A stretch of DNA of 64,000 nucleotides from an uncultured Sphingomonas sp. (GTDB taxonomy: Bacteria; Pseudomonadota; Alphaproteobacteria; Sphingomonadales; Sphingomonadaceae), in the NCBI GenBank assembly GCA_963422345.1, contig OY729425.1:2287156-2351155 (forward strand), in the 5' to 3' direction. Below are positions 1-10,371 of the stretch, in pieces. The notes beneath the pieces were generated by a model. The model had not been told where the DNA came from, did not search any database, and saw only the letters and a list, made by a program, of their open reading frames with translations. The translations under genes and the position numbers were made by a program. The stretch's first letter is position 1; the number at the start of each line of letters is the position of its first letter.

Positions 1-467
1 ACGCCCTTTACCGATCCATCATCGTTGAACAGGATTTCCGCCGCAGCAAAGCCGGGGAAAATCTCAACGCCCAGTTCTTCTGCCTGCCCTGCCAGCCAGC
101 GGCACAGGTTTCCCAGGCTGCCTGTATAGGTGCCCTTGTTATGCATGAACGGCGGCGTGATGATGTGCGGCATCCCGAAGCGCTTGCGCTTGGTCAAAAT
201 CCAATGCTGGTTGTCGTTGACCGGTACCTCGGCCAGCGGGCAGCCCCGTTCCTTCCAGTCGGGAATCAGCTCGTCGAGCGCCCTGGGATCGATCACCGCA
301 CCCGAAAGGATGTGCGCGCCAATTTCCGACCCTTTTTCAAGCACGCACACCGACAATTCGGCGCCCACCTCATTGGCCAGTTGTTTCAGCCGGATCGCAG
401 CCGACAGGCCGGAAGGCCCGCCACCAACGACAACGACATCATACGGCATTGACTCGCGTTCGCTCAT
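1..467 (-). CDS. Electron transfer flavoprotein-ubiquinone oxidoreductase, N-terminal part (runs off the window)
   Basis: Manual translation from ATG 467 gives MSERESMPYDVVVVGGGPSGLSAAIRLKQ (FAD-binding Rossmann motif), followed by ..VCVLEKGSEIGAHILSGAVIDP. Not in the ORF track. Confidence 0.9.
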   Translation of the reverse strand, partial: MSERESMPYDVVVVGGGPSGLSAAIRLKQLANEVGAELSVCVLEKGSEIGAHILSGAVIDPRALDELIPDWKERGCPLAEVPVNDNQHWILTKRKRFGMPHIITPPFMHNKGTYTGSLGNLCRWLAGQAEELGVEIFPGFAAAEILFNDDGSVKG

Positions 468-583
468 CTTCGTCTCCCCATGGGACGCTCGCGAACCTGT
501 CGTCGCGTCCCAGCCACGGCTTGTCCATCTGCGAGTGCCAGCGAATTGACGGTCGCGTCAACATGCTAGTCAATGCAATCGCG

Positions 584-1336
584 ATGGGTGCGGATCAAAA
601 TCATTCCTGGAACGCTGTTGCAGCGAGCGCGATTGACTGGTGGATCGACGCCGGGGTCGATGCGTTGCTCGATGAGCAGCCCCGCAACTGGCTGATCACT
701 GTCCCGCCCCCGAACCAGCCGTCTGAACGACCGGCAGCCCGTGCTGTGGCAGATGCGCCGCAAGTCGAACCGCTGCCCGCCACACTCGACAGCTTTCTGA
801 TATGGCGCGAGGGGCCAGCGGCACCAGAGACGGCATGGCCCGGCGCCTTTGTTGCGAACCAGGGGCCGCTGAATGCGCCGATCATGATCCTGGTTGATGT
901 TCCCGAACGCGAGGATGTCGATGCCGGCATGTTGCTCAGTGGCGCGACCGGGCGGCTGTTTGACCATATGTTGGCGGCAATCGGCAGGGATCGTGGCTCA
1001 GTTCACATCGTTGCGATGTGCGCCAAACGTCCAACGACAGGCCGGATCACCCCTGAAATGGAAGAGCGGCTGGTTGAAGTGACACGCCATTATGTTGCCC
1101 TTGCCGGGCCGAAACGGGTCTTGTTGCTCGGCAATGCGCCAAGCCGTGCGCTGCTTGGGGCAGATGTTGCCCCGGCCAGGGGAAATATACACAGCGTTAA
1201 CCTTAACGACGGAAACAAGTCGGTGACGGTAGAGGCAGTGGCGAGCTTTCATCCTCGCTTCCTGCTCGACCGACCGGCGCAAAAGGCTGACGCATGGCGC
1301 GACTTGAAAATGTTGATCGGGGGTCTTGGGACGTGA
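584..1336 (+). CDS. Uracil-DNA glycosylase family 4-like protein with degenerate motifs
   Basis: GRLFDHMLAAIG and FHPRFLL match the family 4 UDG core, and the N-terminal DWWIDAGVD segment fits alphaproteobacterial homologs. ATG 584 chosen over the ORF-track start at 449. Confidence 0.75.
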   Translation: MGADQNHSWNAVAASAIDWWIDAGVDALLDEQPRNWLITVPPPNQPSERPAARAVADAPQVEPLPATLDSFLIWREGPAAPETAWPGAFVANQGPLNAPIMILVDVPEREDVDAGMLLSGATGRLFDHMLAAIGRDRGSVHIVAMCAKRPTTGRITPEMEERLVEVTRHYVALAGPKRVLLLGNAPSRALLGADVAPARGNIHSVNLNDGNKSVTVEAVASFHPRFLLDRPAQKADAWRDLKMLIGGLGT

Positions 1337-3096
1337 CTGCAAAGTTCATCATCGCCTGTTCGGTCGTGTTGACACCCTTTGCCGCACACGCCGCGCCGGC
1401 GGACTATGCGCCGGCGGCCATGTCGCCGTCCGTTCCCAGTCAGCTTGATGCAGGGCAACGTGCTGGCTATCGCGCTGTTTTTCAGAGCATTCGTGACCGA
1501 CGTTGGCAGGACGCACAGCTCCAGCTTGATGCGATGAAGCCCGGGCCTTTGCACGCCATTGCCCGGGCAGAATTGCTGACCGCCAAGGGGTCTCCAAAGG
1601 CTGACCTTGACCCATTGCTGAAGCTGCTCGCCGAGGCACCGGAGTTGCCACAGGCACAGCAGGTTGCCACCCTGGCCGCATCGCGTGGCGCGGTCGGCCT
1701 GCCAGCCTTGCCGGAAGCTCGTGCGCTAACCTGGATCAATGGTGCCCCAGCCCGCACTCGTGCCCGGGCAATCAAGAGCGATCTGGTCGGGGCCGAACTG
1801 GCGTTGCGGATGCAACCCTTTGTGAAGGCCGATGATGGCGCCTCGGCGCAGGCATTGCTGGAGAGCACGGCCAATCTGTCGCCCGAAGCGTTGACGGAAT
1901 GGCAGCAGAAAGTTTCCTGGATGTATTTCCTTGCCGGTGACGACGGCAATGCGCGCGCCATGGCAACCAAGGCAGCATCAGGGGTTGGTGAATGGTCGGT
2001 GCAAGGCAATTGGGTGGCCGGGCTAGCCGCGTGGCGCCAGCGTGACTGTGTCGCTGCCGGGGTAAATTTTGACGCTGTCGCAGCGCGGGCGAGTGATGTC
2101 GATCTGCGCGCAGCAGGGCTTTACTGGACGTCACGCGCCGATATGGCCTGCAACCACCCCGACCGCATTGAAGCGCGCCTGAAGAGCGCCGCACAATATC
2201 GCGAGACCTTTTATGGCCTGCTCGCGCGACAGGCGCTGGGCATGAAGGACGCCCCCCGCCCCTCCGCCGAATCTTTCATCGCAAGTGATTGGCAGTCACT
2301 GGCGCGTCGTCCCAATATTCGCGTCGCCGCGGCGCTGACTGAAATTGGCGAAGTCACGCTGGCGGATGCGGTGATCCGGCAGCAAGCCAGGATTGGCGAC
2401 CCGGCTGAATTTCCGTCGCTCGTGCGCTTCACCGAGGCACTGAGCCTGCCAGGTACGTTGGTATGGCTCTCACATAATGGCCCGGTCGGTGCCAATCCGC
2501 CGGTCGAAGCTCGCTTTCCGGCGCCCAACTGGACGCCGGACGGTGGCTGGCGGGTTGATCGCGCCCTGGTATTTGCCCATGCCCTGCAGGAATCGCGTTT
2601 TCGTACCGATGTTATCAGCTCGGCCGGTGCCTATGGGCTGATGCAGATCCGTCCGGGTGCGGCGTCGGATATTGCACGGAAACAAGGCCGCGCCTTTGAT
2701 CGTTCAGCGCTTAGCCGCCCCGGCACCAATTTCGAGGTAGGGCAGAGTTATCTCGAGCAGCTTCGCGATCAGCCCGGCACGGGCGGGCTGTTGCCGAAGG
2801 TCATCGCTGCCTACAATGCAGGCCCCGTGCCGGTCGAACAATGGAATGCCCAGTCCCGCGATGGCGGCGATCCGCTGTTGTACATCGAGTCGATTCCGTT
2901 TTGGGAAACGCGCGGCTATGTCGCCACGGTATTGCGAAACTACTGGATGTATGAGGCGCAAATCGGCCGCACTGAGTCTCCCAGCCGAACCGCATTGTCT
3001 CAGGGATTGTGGCCCCGCTTCCCGGGAATGCCCGGTGCAGCAGCAGTCCGTATGAGTGCAGCAAAGGTGCCATCCACGGTGACCAGTGCCGATTGA
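1333..3096 (+). CDS. Soluble lytic murein transglycosylase (SLT domain) with signal peptide
   Basis: SLT motifs QES, GLMQI, AYNAGP and ETRGYV. GTG 1333 overlaps the upstream TGA (GTGA) and is followed by a hydrophobic signal peptide. Confidence 0.9.
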   Translation: MTAKFIIACSVVLTPFAAHAAPADYAPAAMSPSVPSQLDAGQRAGYRAVFQSIRDRRWQDAQLQLDAMKPGPLHAIARAELLTAKGSPKADLDPLLKLLAEAPELPQAQQVATLAASRGAVGLPALPEARALTWINGAPARTRARAIKSDLVGAELALRMQPFVKADDGASAQALLESTANLSPEALTEWQQKVSWMYFLAGDDGNARAMATKAASGVGEWSVQGNWVAGLAAWRQRDCVAAGVNFDAVAARASDVDLRAAGLYWTSRADMACNHPDRIEARLKSAAQYRETFYGLLARQALGMKDAPRPSAESFIASDWQSLARRPNIRVAAALTEIGEVTLADAVIRQQARIGDPAEFPSLVRFTEALSLPGTLVWLSHNGPVGANPPVEARFPAPNWTPDGGWRVDRALVFAHALQESRFRTDVISSAGAYGLMQIRPGAASDIARKQGRAFDRSALSRPGTNFEVGQSYLEQLRDQPGTGGLLPKVIAAYNAGPVPVEQWNAQSRDGGDPLLYIESIPFWETRGYVATVLRNYWMYEAQIGRTESPSRTALSQGLWPRFPGMPGAAAVRMSAAKVPSTVTSAD

Positions 3097-3613
3097 CGAA
3101 AGCGCGGCGTTTCTGCCGGTTCGCATTGCCGTCCTGACGGTTTCTGACACGCGCAGCCTGGCTGATGATCGTTCGGGCGACACGTTGGTCGACCGGCTGA
3201 CACAGGCCGGGCATGTGCTCGCTGATCGAAAGCTGCTGCCTGACGACGCAGACACGATAGTCGCTGCGCTCCACGCCTGGGTCGATGATCCCGGAATTGA
3301 TTGCGTTATCTCGACCGGTGGGACTGGCGTCACAGGTCGCGATGTCACGCCCGAAGCGATTGAACGTGTCCAGGAAAAAGCGATCCCCGGTTTCGGCGAA
3401 TTGTTTCGCTGGCTCAGTTACAGCAGCATTGGCACATCTACGGTGCAATCACGCGCCTGTGCCTGTGTCACACGCGGCACCTATATCTTTGCCTTGCCCG
3501 GTTCGACCGGTGCCGTGAAAGACGGCTGGGACGGCATATTGCGCGACCAGCTCGACAGTCGCCACCGCCCCTGCAATTTCGTCGAACTGATGCCGCGGCT
3601 GCGCGAGCGCTGA
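3086..3613 (+). CDS. moaB: Molybdenum cofactor biosynthesis protein B
   Basis: [30 protein letters not shown] and ALPGS motifs. Confidence 0.9.
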   Translation: MPIDESAAFLPVRIAVLTVSDTRSLADDRSGDTLVDRLTQAGHVLADRKLLPDDADTIVAALHAWVDDPGIDCVISTGGTGVTGRDVTPEAIERVQEKAIPGFGELFRWLSYSSIGTSTVQSRACACVTRGTYIFALPGSTGAVKDGWDGILRDQLDSRHRPCNFVELMPRLRER

Positions 3614-3614
3614 G

Positions 3615-4105
3615 TTATTTCTTCACCGCCTCACGTTTGTCAGCGATGAACTTGGCAAGCGCACCATCCATCGATTTATACCAGTCGATCAAATCGGCAA
3701 AGTTCGCCTGGGTCAGCTTCCCCACGGTTGATACATCAAGATATTCGCGCAACCTGCCTTTGCTATCGACGCCAATGCGCAGAAAACGCTTCTCCGCATT
3801 CCATTCGTTGGTGAGTGCGGCGGTCCACATCGGGTCTTCCTTGTAAAAGCTGGAAAACGCGATCGATGAGCAATGCTTGTCCTTGCAGTCATAAAAATCG
3901 ATCGTGAACTCTTCGCCATTGGCCGAGCTGATAATATAGGGGTCGCCGTCATCTCCCGTTTTGATCACGGCCTTATAACCCGCTTCTTGCAGCGCTGCGG
4001 CGACACCCCCGCCGTCGTTGAAGCATTGATAAGCTAATCCTCGGCAAAAACCGGAGCCGCGAAGCCGAGAAGCGCAACTACCAAAGCCTACCTGATCAGT
4101 TTCAT
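3615..4105 (-). pseudogene. YbjN-family secreted protein with a disrupted 5' end (two TAG stops and one frameshift)
   Basis: From SD-preceded ATG 4105 the frame reads MKLIR*ALVVALLGFAAPVFAED*LINAS. The YbjN-like body (GGVAAALQEAGYKAVIKTGDDGDPYIISS..NEWNAEKRF) continues in another frame from about 4016. Confidence 0.65.
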
Positions 4106-4173
4106 CTTTACCCTGCGTTGTCGACAACAACTTAACTTCGTCAGTCACGGCGTCAACGCGTTTAAATATCACG

Positions 4174-4521
4174 CTATTCAACTGTGGTATCGGTCTGCAT
4201 CGCGGCCAGTTCATGCCCCGCTGGATCGCGGAAGTGGAACCGCCTGCCGCCGGGAAAGCCAAAGATCGGCAGTGTGACGACACCTCCGGCGGCGGTGACC
4301 CGCGCCAAGGCTGACTCGAGATCATTTACCTCGATCACCGGCAAAAGCTGTGCGGTCCATTGCGCTGAATCACCGTTCAAGCCGAGGTCGGTGTCACCCG
4401 TCATCGTCGCGGCATAATCTGGTCCGAAGTCTGCAAATGCCCAATCGAATGCCGCAGCGTAAAAGGTCTTTGCCGTCGCAACATCACGCACCGGCAGTTC
4501 GACATAGCTGATTCGTCCCAT
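4174..4521 (-). CDS. VOC/glyoxalase family protein
   Basis: RISYVELPV..AKTFY..FDW and FPGGRRFHFRDPAGHELA motifs. Start trimmed to ATG 4521. Confidence 0.85.
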   Translation of the reverse strand: MGRISYVELPVRDVATAKTFYAAAFDWAFADFGPDYAATMTGDTDLGLNGDSAQWTAQLLPVIEVNDLESALARVTAAGGVVTLPIFGFPGGRRFHFRDPAGHELAAMQTDTTVE

Positions 4522-4572
4522 GCGCCCTCCAATGTTCTTGCTATGTTCTATAGTCAGTGTTAGCGCCATGCA

Positions 4573-5646
4573 ATGGGCAAAATTCGTGCGGTCCGAGGCG
4601 CGACCATCAATACAGCAAGTGTCAGATTCAATCTGCCCATTCGCGAAGCGGATGGCGACTGGCTGGACGAACGCGCGCTCATGGACGAGGTGCCGACACC
4701 ACTGAAGACCAGCGTGACGGTCGAACATCCACGCACAATCATCACCCGCAACGCATCGCCCGACATCCCGTTTGACCGCTCGATCAATCCGTATCGTGGA
4801 TGCGAACATGGCTGCATCTATTGTTTTGCGCGCCCGTCACACGCCTTCCATGATCTTTCGCCGGGCCTTGATTTCGAAACCAGGCTGTTCGCGAAACCGA
4901 ACGCCCCCGCCCTGTTGCGTGCCGAGCTTGCCAGGAAGGGTTATGAAGTGGCGCCAATCGCGTTTGGCACCAACACTGATCCCTATCAGCCGATCGAGGA
5001 TCAATGGCGCATCACGCGCGGCTGTATTGAGGTATTGGCAGAGCATGATCACCCGCTGACCATCACCACCAAATCCGACCGCGTTACCCGCGACATTGAT
5101 CTGCTCGCGCCAATGGCTGCGAAGGGCCTTGTACTCGTCGTGCTCTCGATCACCTCATTGCAGCCCAAGGTCGCCGTGACGGTTGAGCCGCGGGCGCCGA
5201 CGCCCTTGCGTCGCCTTGCCGCCGTACGGAAGCTCAATGACGCTGGCATCCCGACCTATGTCTCCATTTCGCCGGTCATTCCGGGAATTACCGACATGGA
5301 GATCGAGCAGTTGCTCGCTGCCGCCGCTGATGCCGGCGCGCGCGCCGCCTTCTTCCTGCCGGTACGCCTTCCCTGGGAGGTCGCGCCCTTGTTCCGTGCA
5401 TGGCTCGACACGCACTTCCCTGATCGGGCCAGCAAGGTGATGGCGACGATCAATTCGCTGCGCGGCGGTCGCGACAACGATCCCGATTTCTTCTCGCGAA
5501 TGCGCGGCAGCGGGCCATGGGCAGACTTGCTTAGAACCCGATTCCGTATCGCCTGCCGCAAGTACGGGCTCAATGGTGAACGGGTAGAACTGCGAAGCGA
5601 TTTGTTCCACGCCCCTCGTGGACCGCAGGGAGAGCTGTTTGATTAG
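4573..5646 (+). CDS. PA0069/Rv2578c-type radical SAM protein (spore photoproduct lyase-like, COG1533)
   Basis: [19 protein letters not shown] (CX3CX2C), GTNTDPYQP and ITTKS motifs. Confidence 0.85.
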   Translation: MGKIRAVRGATINTASVRFNLPIREADGDWLDERALMDEVPTPLKTSVTVEHPRTIITRNASPDIPFDRSINPYRGCEHGCIYCFARPSHAFHDLSPGLDFETRLFAKPNAPALLRAELARKGYEVAPIAFGTNTDPYQPIEDQWRITRGCIEVLAEHDHPLTITTKSDRVTRDIDLLAPMAAKGLVLVVLSITSLQPKVAVTVEPRAPTPLRRLAAVRKLNDAGIPTYVSISPVIPGITDMEIEQLLAAAADAGARAAFFLPVRLPWEVAPLFRAWLDTHFPDRASKVMATINSLRGGRDNDPDFFSRMRGSGPWADLLRTRFRIACRKYGLNGERVELRSDLFHAPRGPQGELFD

Positions 5647-6716
5647 GCCGCTGTTATCCCGGCCCGACACTTCATCAACGGCTGGATACGTGTTCCAAAA
5701 TTCTCCACACCTTCAATAAAGTCATCAAAGGTCAGCAGCACACCGCCGGTATTGGGCACCTCGGCCATCTCGTCGAGCATCCGCGCGACGTTTTTATAGC
5801 TGCCGACCAGCGTGCCCATGTTGATGTTGACTGCGCCCTCGGGCGCAGCAAGCTGGCGGACGTTGGTGGTGGCATTGTGCTTGTCGGCCGCGCCCTGGTC
5901 CGCGAGCCAGGCGATCGCATCGATATCGACGCCGTCATTGTAGGATTTCCACTTGGCCATCGCGGCCTCGTCGGTTTCATCGGCGATGATCATCACCAGA
6001 ACGAACACCGACACGTCGCGGCCGGTCCTGGCAGTGGCGGCGGCAAGGCGTTCATTGTTGAAGGCAAAGGCCTTGGGCGTGTTGACGCCCTTGCCGAGAC
6101 AGAAGGCATAGTCCGCCCATTTGGCCGAGAAGGCGAGCCCGTCATCTGACGAGCCGGCACAGATGATCTTCATGTCGCCGGTCGGGGTCGGACGGACGCG
6201 GCAATCGTCCATCTGGTAGTATGTGCCTTTGAAGTCGCTCTCACCCGTCTCCCACAATTCGCGCAGGATATGGGCATATTCGTCGAGCACCTGGTAACGA
6301 TTGCGGAAATGCTCGTCGCCCGGCCACATCCCCATCTGGCTATATTCGGGGCGTTGCCAGCCGGTAATCAGGTTGAGCCCAAAGCGGCCATGGCTGATCG
6401 AATCGATTGTGTTGCACATCCGCGCCGCAAAGGCCGGTGGGATGATCAGCGTCGGGCAGGTGGCGTAGATCTTGATCTTCTCGGTGACGGCGGCGAGGCC
6501 GGCCATCAGCGTGAAGCTCTCCAGGCCATATTCCCAGAACTCGGTCTTGCCGCCAAAGCCGCGCAGCTTGATCATCGACAGCAGGAAGTCGAGCCCGTGC
6601 CTTTCGGCGCTCTGCGCGATCTGCTTGTTCATATCGAATGATGGCTTGTACTGCGGCGCGTTCTCCGAGATCAGCCAGCCATTGTTGTTGATGGGCACAA
6701 AAACGCCAACTTGCAT
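5643..6716 (-). CDS. rutA: Pyrimidine monooxygenase RutA
   Basis: [42 protein letters not shown]; luciferase-like fold; sits in a rut cluster. Confidence 0.95.
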   Translation of the reverse strand: MQVGVFVPINNNGWLISENAPQYKPSFDMNKQIAQSAERHGLDFLLSMIKLRGFGGKTEFWEYGLESFTLMAGLAAVTEKIKIYATCPTLIIPPAFAARMCNTIDSISHGRFGLNLITGWQRPEYSQMGMWPGDEHFRNRYQVLDEYAHILRELWETGESDFKGTYYQMDDCRVRPTPTGDMKIICAGSSDDGLAFSAKWADYAFCLGKGVNTPKAFAFNNERLAAATARTGRDVSVFVLVMIIADETDEAAMAKWKSYNDGVDIDAIAWLADQGAADKHNATTNVRQLAAPEGAVNINMGTLVGSYKNVARMLDEMAEVPNTGGVLLTFDDFIEGVENFGTRIQPLMKCRAGITAA

Positions 6717-6720
6717 GAGC

Positions 6721-7506
6721 TTAGCTCCTCAGGAAATCGAGAACGAGTTTGTTGAACTGCCCCGGCTCGGTGACATTGCAGGCGTGCCCGCCCCACGCCA
6801 TGGTCGCCAACGTCGCACCGGGGATCCCTTCCGCAAGGCGGTGCGAACAGGTTACCGGCACCAGCATATCGTCGGAAGAACCGATCACGAGCGTTGGCAC
6901 AGTAACGCTGTTTAACCGGGCATCGACATCGAACGCGCGCAGCGCGGCAATCCGCTTTTCATAGGCTTCGGCCCCGGCGAAATGCGCGAGGTGCACCTCT
7001 GCTTCCTCGTCGAGCAGGTCGGCATTGGTTGAACTCCAGGTCGCGGGGTACAGGAAAATTGGCTGGGCCTGGATATAGGCACGTGGCCCGCTGTCGCGCA
7101 GCAACGCCAACCGCGCGTCGAAACACCGCCCAAAATGGGGGTCACCGCGCGACCAGGCGTTGACAAGAACCATCCGCGCAATCCGTTCCGGCGCCTTGAG
7201 GGCCAGCGCCAGGGCCGCCACGCCGCCCGCTGCATGGCCAACGACATGCGCGCTCGGCACGTCGAGCGCATCGATCAGCGCCAGCAAATCCTCGCCCAGT
7301 TGCGCCACCGTGACATGGGCGGGCAGCGTCCTGTCACTGCGCCCGGTACCGCGATGGTCATAGAGGATGACACGGTGGTAGCGCGCCAGTGCATCAAGGT
7401 TGGGCGACCAATAGCTGCCAGAACCACCTAATCCGGCCGACAGGATCAGCGGGATGCCGTCCGCCCGGCCATGTTCTTCGTAATAGAGCCCGGCTGCTTC
7501 GGACAT
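6721..7506 (-). CDS. rutD: Putative aminoacrylate hydrolase RutD
   Basis: Alpha/beta hydrolase with [24 protein letters not shown] (Ala at the nucleophile elbow, as in RutD) and GGHACN. Confidence 0.9.
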   Translation of the reverse strand: MSEAAGLYYEEHGRADGIPLILSAGLGGSGSYWSPNLDALARYHRVILYDHRGTGRSDRTLPAHVTVAQLGEDLLALIDALDVPSAHVVGHAAGGVAALALALKAPERIARMVLVNAWSRGDPHFGRCFDARLALLRDSGPRAYIQAQPIFLYPATWSSTNADLLDEEAEVHLAHFAGAEAYEKRIAALRAFDVDARLNSVTVPTLVIGSSDDMLVPVTCSHRLAEGIPGATLATMAWGGHACNVTEPGQFNKLVLDFLRS

Positions 7507-7889
7507 CAGGCGATGTGGGCGACAGATGCGATTTCAACGAGGCAATCTGGCTTCACAAGGTCACACCTGATGCAATAGCGTGCCGGCTTGGCGCCCGGAA
7601 AATACTCGGCATAGACGCCGTTGAACGCTGCATAATCAGCCAGATCCTTGAGGAAGATGTGGTTCATCGCCACATCGGCCATTGTCGCGCCCGCTGCCTC
7701 CAATGTGGTCTTGATCACCTCAAGCACATGCCGCGTTTGTGCTGCCGCGTCGCCCACATGAAGGACGGCGCCACCCTCACCCAAGGCGAGCACGCCGGAG
7801 ACATAAACCGTGTTGCCAGCCTTCGCGCCCGCAGAATAGGGCGCAATCGGGGTCGGGAATTGGGGCGGATTGATTGGTTCGAACGGCAT
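7506..7889 (-). CDS. rutC: RidA/YjgF-family RutC
   Basis: [45 protein letters not shown]. Start trimmed to ATG 7889. Confidence 0.9.
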   Translation of the reverse strand: MPFEPINPPQFPTPIAPYSAGAKAGNTVYVSGVLALGEGGAVLHVGDAAAQTRHVLEVIKTTLEAAGATMADVAMNHIFLKDLADYAAFNGVYAEYFPGAKPARYCIRCDLVKPDCLVEIASVAHIA

Positions 7890-7893
7890 AAAA

Positions 7894-8625
7894 CTACTCC
7901 CTCGGCGACTGGCCAAAACTGCCGCAGAAATCGGCAACCGTCGACACCCAGCCGAAAAACTTTTCGACATTATAAACCGTTGCCTGCTGCATCAGCTCGG
8001 GACCGAGATGGTGCGTGGCATCCTCCAGCATCACGCCGAAATATTCGAGATGGAAGCCGTCGCGCAGCGTACTCTCGACGCAAACATTGGTCGCGATACC
8101 CACAAAGACGATGTTGCGGATGCCACGCGCGCGCAGCGTCGAATCAAGCTGTGAGTTGAAGAACGCTGAATAACGCGTCTTGTGCAGGCTGATGTCGCCG
8201 GGTTGCGGCGTCAGCGCATCGACCAAAGCATAATCCCACCCGCCCCGCGCGAGCAACTGGCCAGACAATTCGGGTCGCTGCCGCATCGTTTTGAGCGCGT
8301 TCGACTTGTGCCAGTTGGGCGAACCCGGTCCACCCGCCTCAACATAGCCGGGATCCCAGCCATTTTGCAGATAGATCACCTGTACGCCGGCTGCCCGCGC
8401 GGTCTGCAACACCGTCGCGATCTTGCCGATCACACCCGCTGCGCCGGCAATGTCAAAGCCAGCCAGATCAACATAGCCGCCTTCGGAGGCATAGGCGTTC
8501 TGCATGTCGATCACGACCACGGCGGTCTGTTCGGGCGCAAGGCACAGCGCCTCGGGACGTGCCGGCAACGTGACAGCGGCGGCGCTTGATGCGCCCGGCG
8601 TCATGATCGGATTGGCTTCAGCCAT
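7894..8625 (-). CDS. rutB: Ureidoacrylate amidohydrolase RutB (isochorismatase family)
   Basis: Catalytic D-K-C motifs [15 protein letters not shown] and ATNVCVES, plus [10 protein letters not shown]-like GAGGG precedes ATG 8625. Confidence 0.92.
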   Translation of the reverse strand: MAEANPIMTPGASSAAAVTLPARPEALCLAPEQTAVVVIDMQNAYASEGGYVDLAGFDIAGAAGVIGKIATVLQTARAAGVQVIYLQNGWDPGYVEAGGPGSPNWHKSNALKTMRQRPELSGQLLARGGWDYALVDALTPQPGDISLHKTRYSAFFNSQLDSTLRARGIRNIVFVGIATNVCVESTLRDGFHLEYFGVMLEDATHHLGPELMQQATVYNVEKFFGWVSTVADFCGSFGQSPRE

Positions 8626-8687
8626 GCACCCTCGCTTCAATCAGCATTAAATCTGACGCCATAATGACGCGGTGCGCAAGCGAAAGC

Positions 8688-10289
8688 TCAGGCCGCACCC
8701 TCCAGTCGAAAGTCCTTATATTGCTCACGCAGTGCCGTCTTGAGCAACTTGCCGGTCGCCGTGTGCGGCAGCGAGTCGACGAACAGGATCTCATCGGGCA
8801 GCCACCATTTCGCGACATGATGGGCAAGATGGGCAGTGATCTCTTCTCCTGTCACCGCACTGCCCGGCTTGCGAACCACCAGCAAGATCGGTCGCTCGTC
8901 CCACTTCGGGTGATAAATCCCGATCGCGGCGGCTTCCCCGACGCCGGGACAGCCGACGGCGGCATTCTCCAGCTCCACCGAGCTGATCCATTCACCGCCC
9001 GACTTGATCACATCCTTCGCGCGGTCAGTGATCTGCATCGTGCCATCAGGATGCAGTACCGAGACGTCACCCGTGTCAAACCACTGGTCAGCATCGACTG
9101 CGTCGGCCTCGGCCTTGAAGTAACGCTTGATCACCCATGGTCCGCGCACCTGCAATCGCCCGGAGCTGACCCCGTCGCGCGGCTGTTCCTTGCCTTCATC
9201 GTCAATGATGCGCAGTTCGACCCCGAACGGGACCGCGCCCTGCTTGGCGACCAGGTCAAGCTTTTCCTCCATTGTCATGTCATGCCAATGCGGCGGCTCC
9301 ATGCCCGCCGTGCCGATGGGCGAGGTTTCGGTCATCCCCCACAGATGCTTCACCGTTACACCCATCTTCATGATCCGTTCGATCATCGCGCGCGGTGCGG
9401 CAGATCCACCGATCGTTACCTGTTGCAGATATTGCGGTGCTTCTCCCGTAGCGTCGATATGCTGGAACATTGCCAGCCACACCGTCGGCACACCGGCTGA
9501 ATGCGTCACCTTTTCCTGGTTCATCAACCGGCACAGCACCGCCGGATCATTCACCGCCGCATAGACAAACTTTGCGCCCGCCAGCGCAGCCGCAAAGGGC
9601 AATCCCCAAGAGGCCGCATGAAACATCGGCACAATCGGCAAGATCACGGCGCTCGACGAGATATTGAACACCGCCGGCGCCACCTCGGCCATCGCATGGA
9701 TCATCGTGGAGCGATGTTCGTAGAGCACGCCCTTGGGGTTCCCGGTCGTCCCGCTGGTGTAACAGAGCATACAGGGTTCGCGCTCGTCGCCCTCGACCCA
9801 GGTATAATCGCCGCTTTCGCCGGCAATCAGCGCCTCGAACCCGTCCGGGCCATCACTGTCGAACACCACATAATGCTCGATACTCGTCCATAACGGCTTC
9901 AGACGATCAACAATGGGTTGAAACTGCTTGTCATAGAACAGCACCCGGTCTTCGGCATGGTTGGCGATATAGACCAGTTGCTCGTCGAACAGCCGGGGGT
10001 TGATCGTGTGGATCACGCCGCCGAAGCCGATGGCGCCATACCAGGCAGCAAGATGGCGGCCGTGATTCATCGCCAGGGTGCCGACCCGATCGCCCTTTTT
10101 ACACCCCAGCCGTGTCAGCGCCTGTGCAAGCCTTTTTGCGTCATGCGCTATGCCGGCCCAACTGGTGCGGCTCTCGCTGCCATCACTCCAGCTTGTGACG
10201 ATTTCGCGCGCGCCATGTTCCCGTGCGGCATGATCGAGCAGCCGCGGCACGCGAAGTGCGAAATCCTGCATGGCACCCAGCATCGTCAT
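8688..10289 (-). CDS. Acyl-CoA synthetase / fatty-acid-CoA ligase (AMP-binding, DmdB-like)
   Basis: [38 protein letters not shown] and TATGK motifs. Confidence 0.9.
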   Translation of the reverse strand: MTMLGAMQDFALRVPRLLDHAAREHGAREIVTSWSDGSESRTSWAGIAHDAKRLAQALTRLGCKKGDRVGTLAMNHGRHLAAWYGAIGFGGVIHTINPRLFDEQLVYIANHAEDRVLFYDKQFQPIVDRLKPLWTSIEHYVVFDSDGPDGFEALIAGESGDYTWVEGDEREPCMLCYTSGTTGNPKGVLYEHRSTMIHAMAEVAPAVFNISSSAVILPIVPMFHAASWGLPFAAALAGAKFVYAAVNDPAVLCRLMNQEKVTHSAGVPTVWLAMFQHIDATGEAPQYLQQVTIGGSAAPRAMIERIMKMGVTVKHLWGMTETSPIGTAGMEPPHWHDMTMEEKLDLVAKQGAVPFGVELRIIDDEGKEQPRDGVSSGRLQVRGPWVIKRYFKAEADAVDADQWFDTGDVSVLHPDGTMQITDRAKDVIKSGGEWISSVELENAAVGCPGVGEAAAIGIYHPKWDERPILLVVRKPGSAVTGEEITAHLAHHVAKWWLPDEILFVDSLPHTATGKLLKTALREQYKDFRLEGAA

Positions 10290-10371
10290 TTCCCTCTCCA
10301 TGCACGGTGGCGCCATTTTCTGGCCCCTTGATCCGCGCCGCTATTGTTATCGGCGCACTGCGCCCGGCACA

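Noticed and set aside
4034-4090. Amber readthrough or genetic-code reassignment to explain the two TAG codons
   Set aside because: TAG serves as a normal stop for several genes here (for example argC, eda, rodA), and a frameshift is also needed. Decay or sequencing error is simpler.
8626-8687. RutR box or sigma54 promoter upstream of rutB
   Set aside because: No TTGACC-N4-GGTCAA-like palindrome, and the TGGC at about 8660 lacks a GC at the -12 position.
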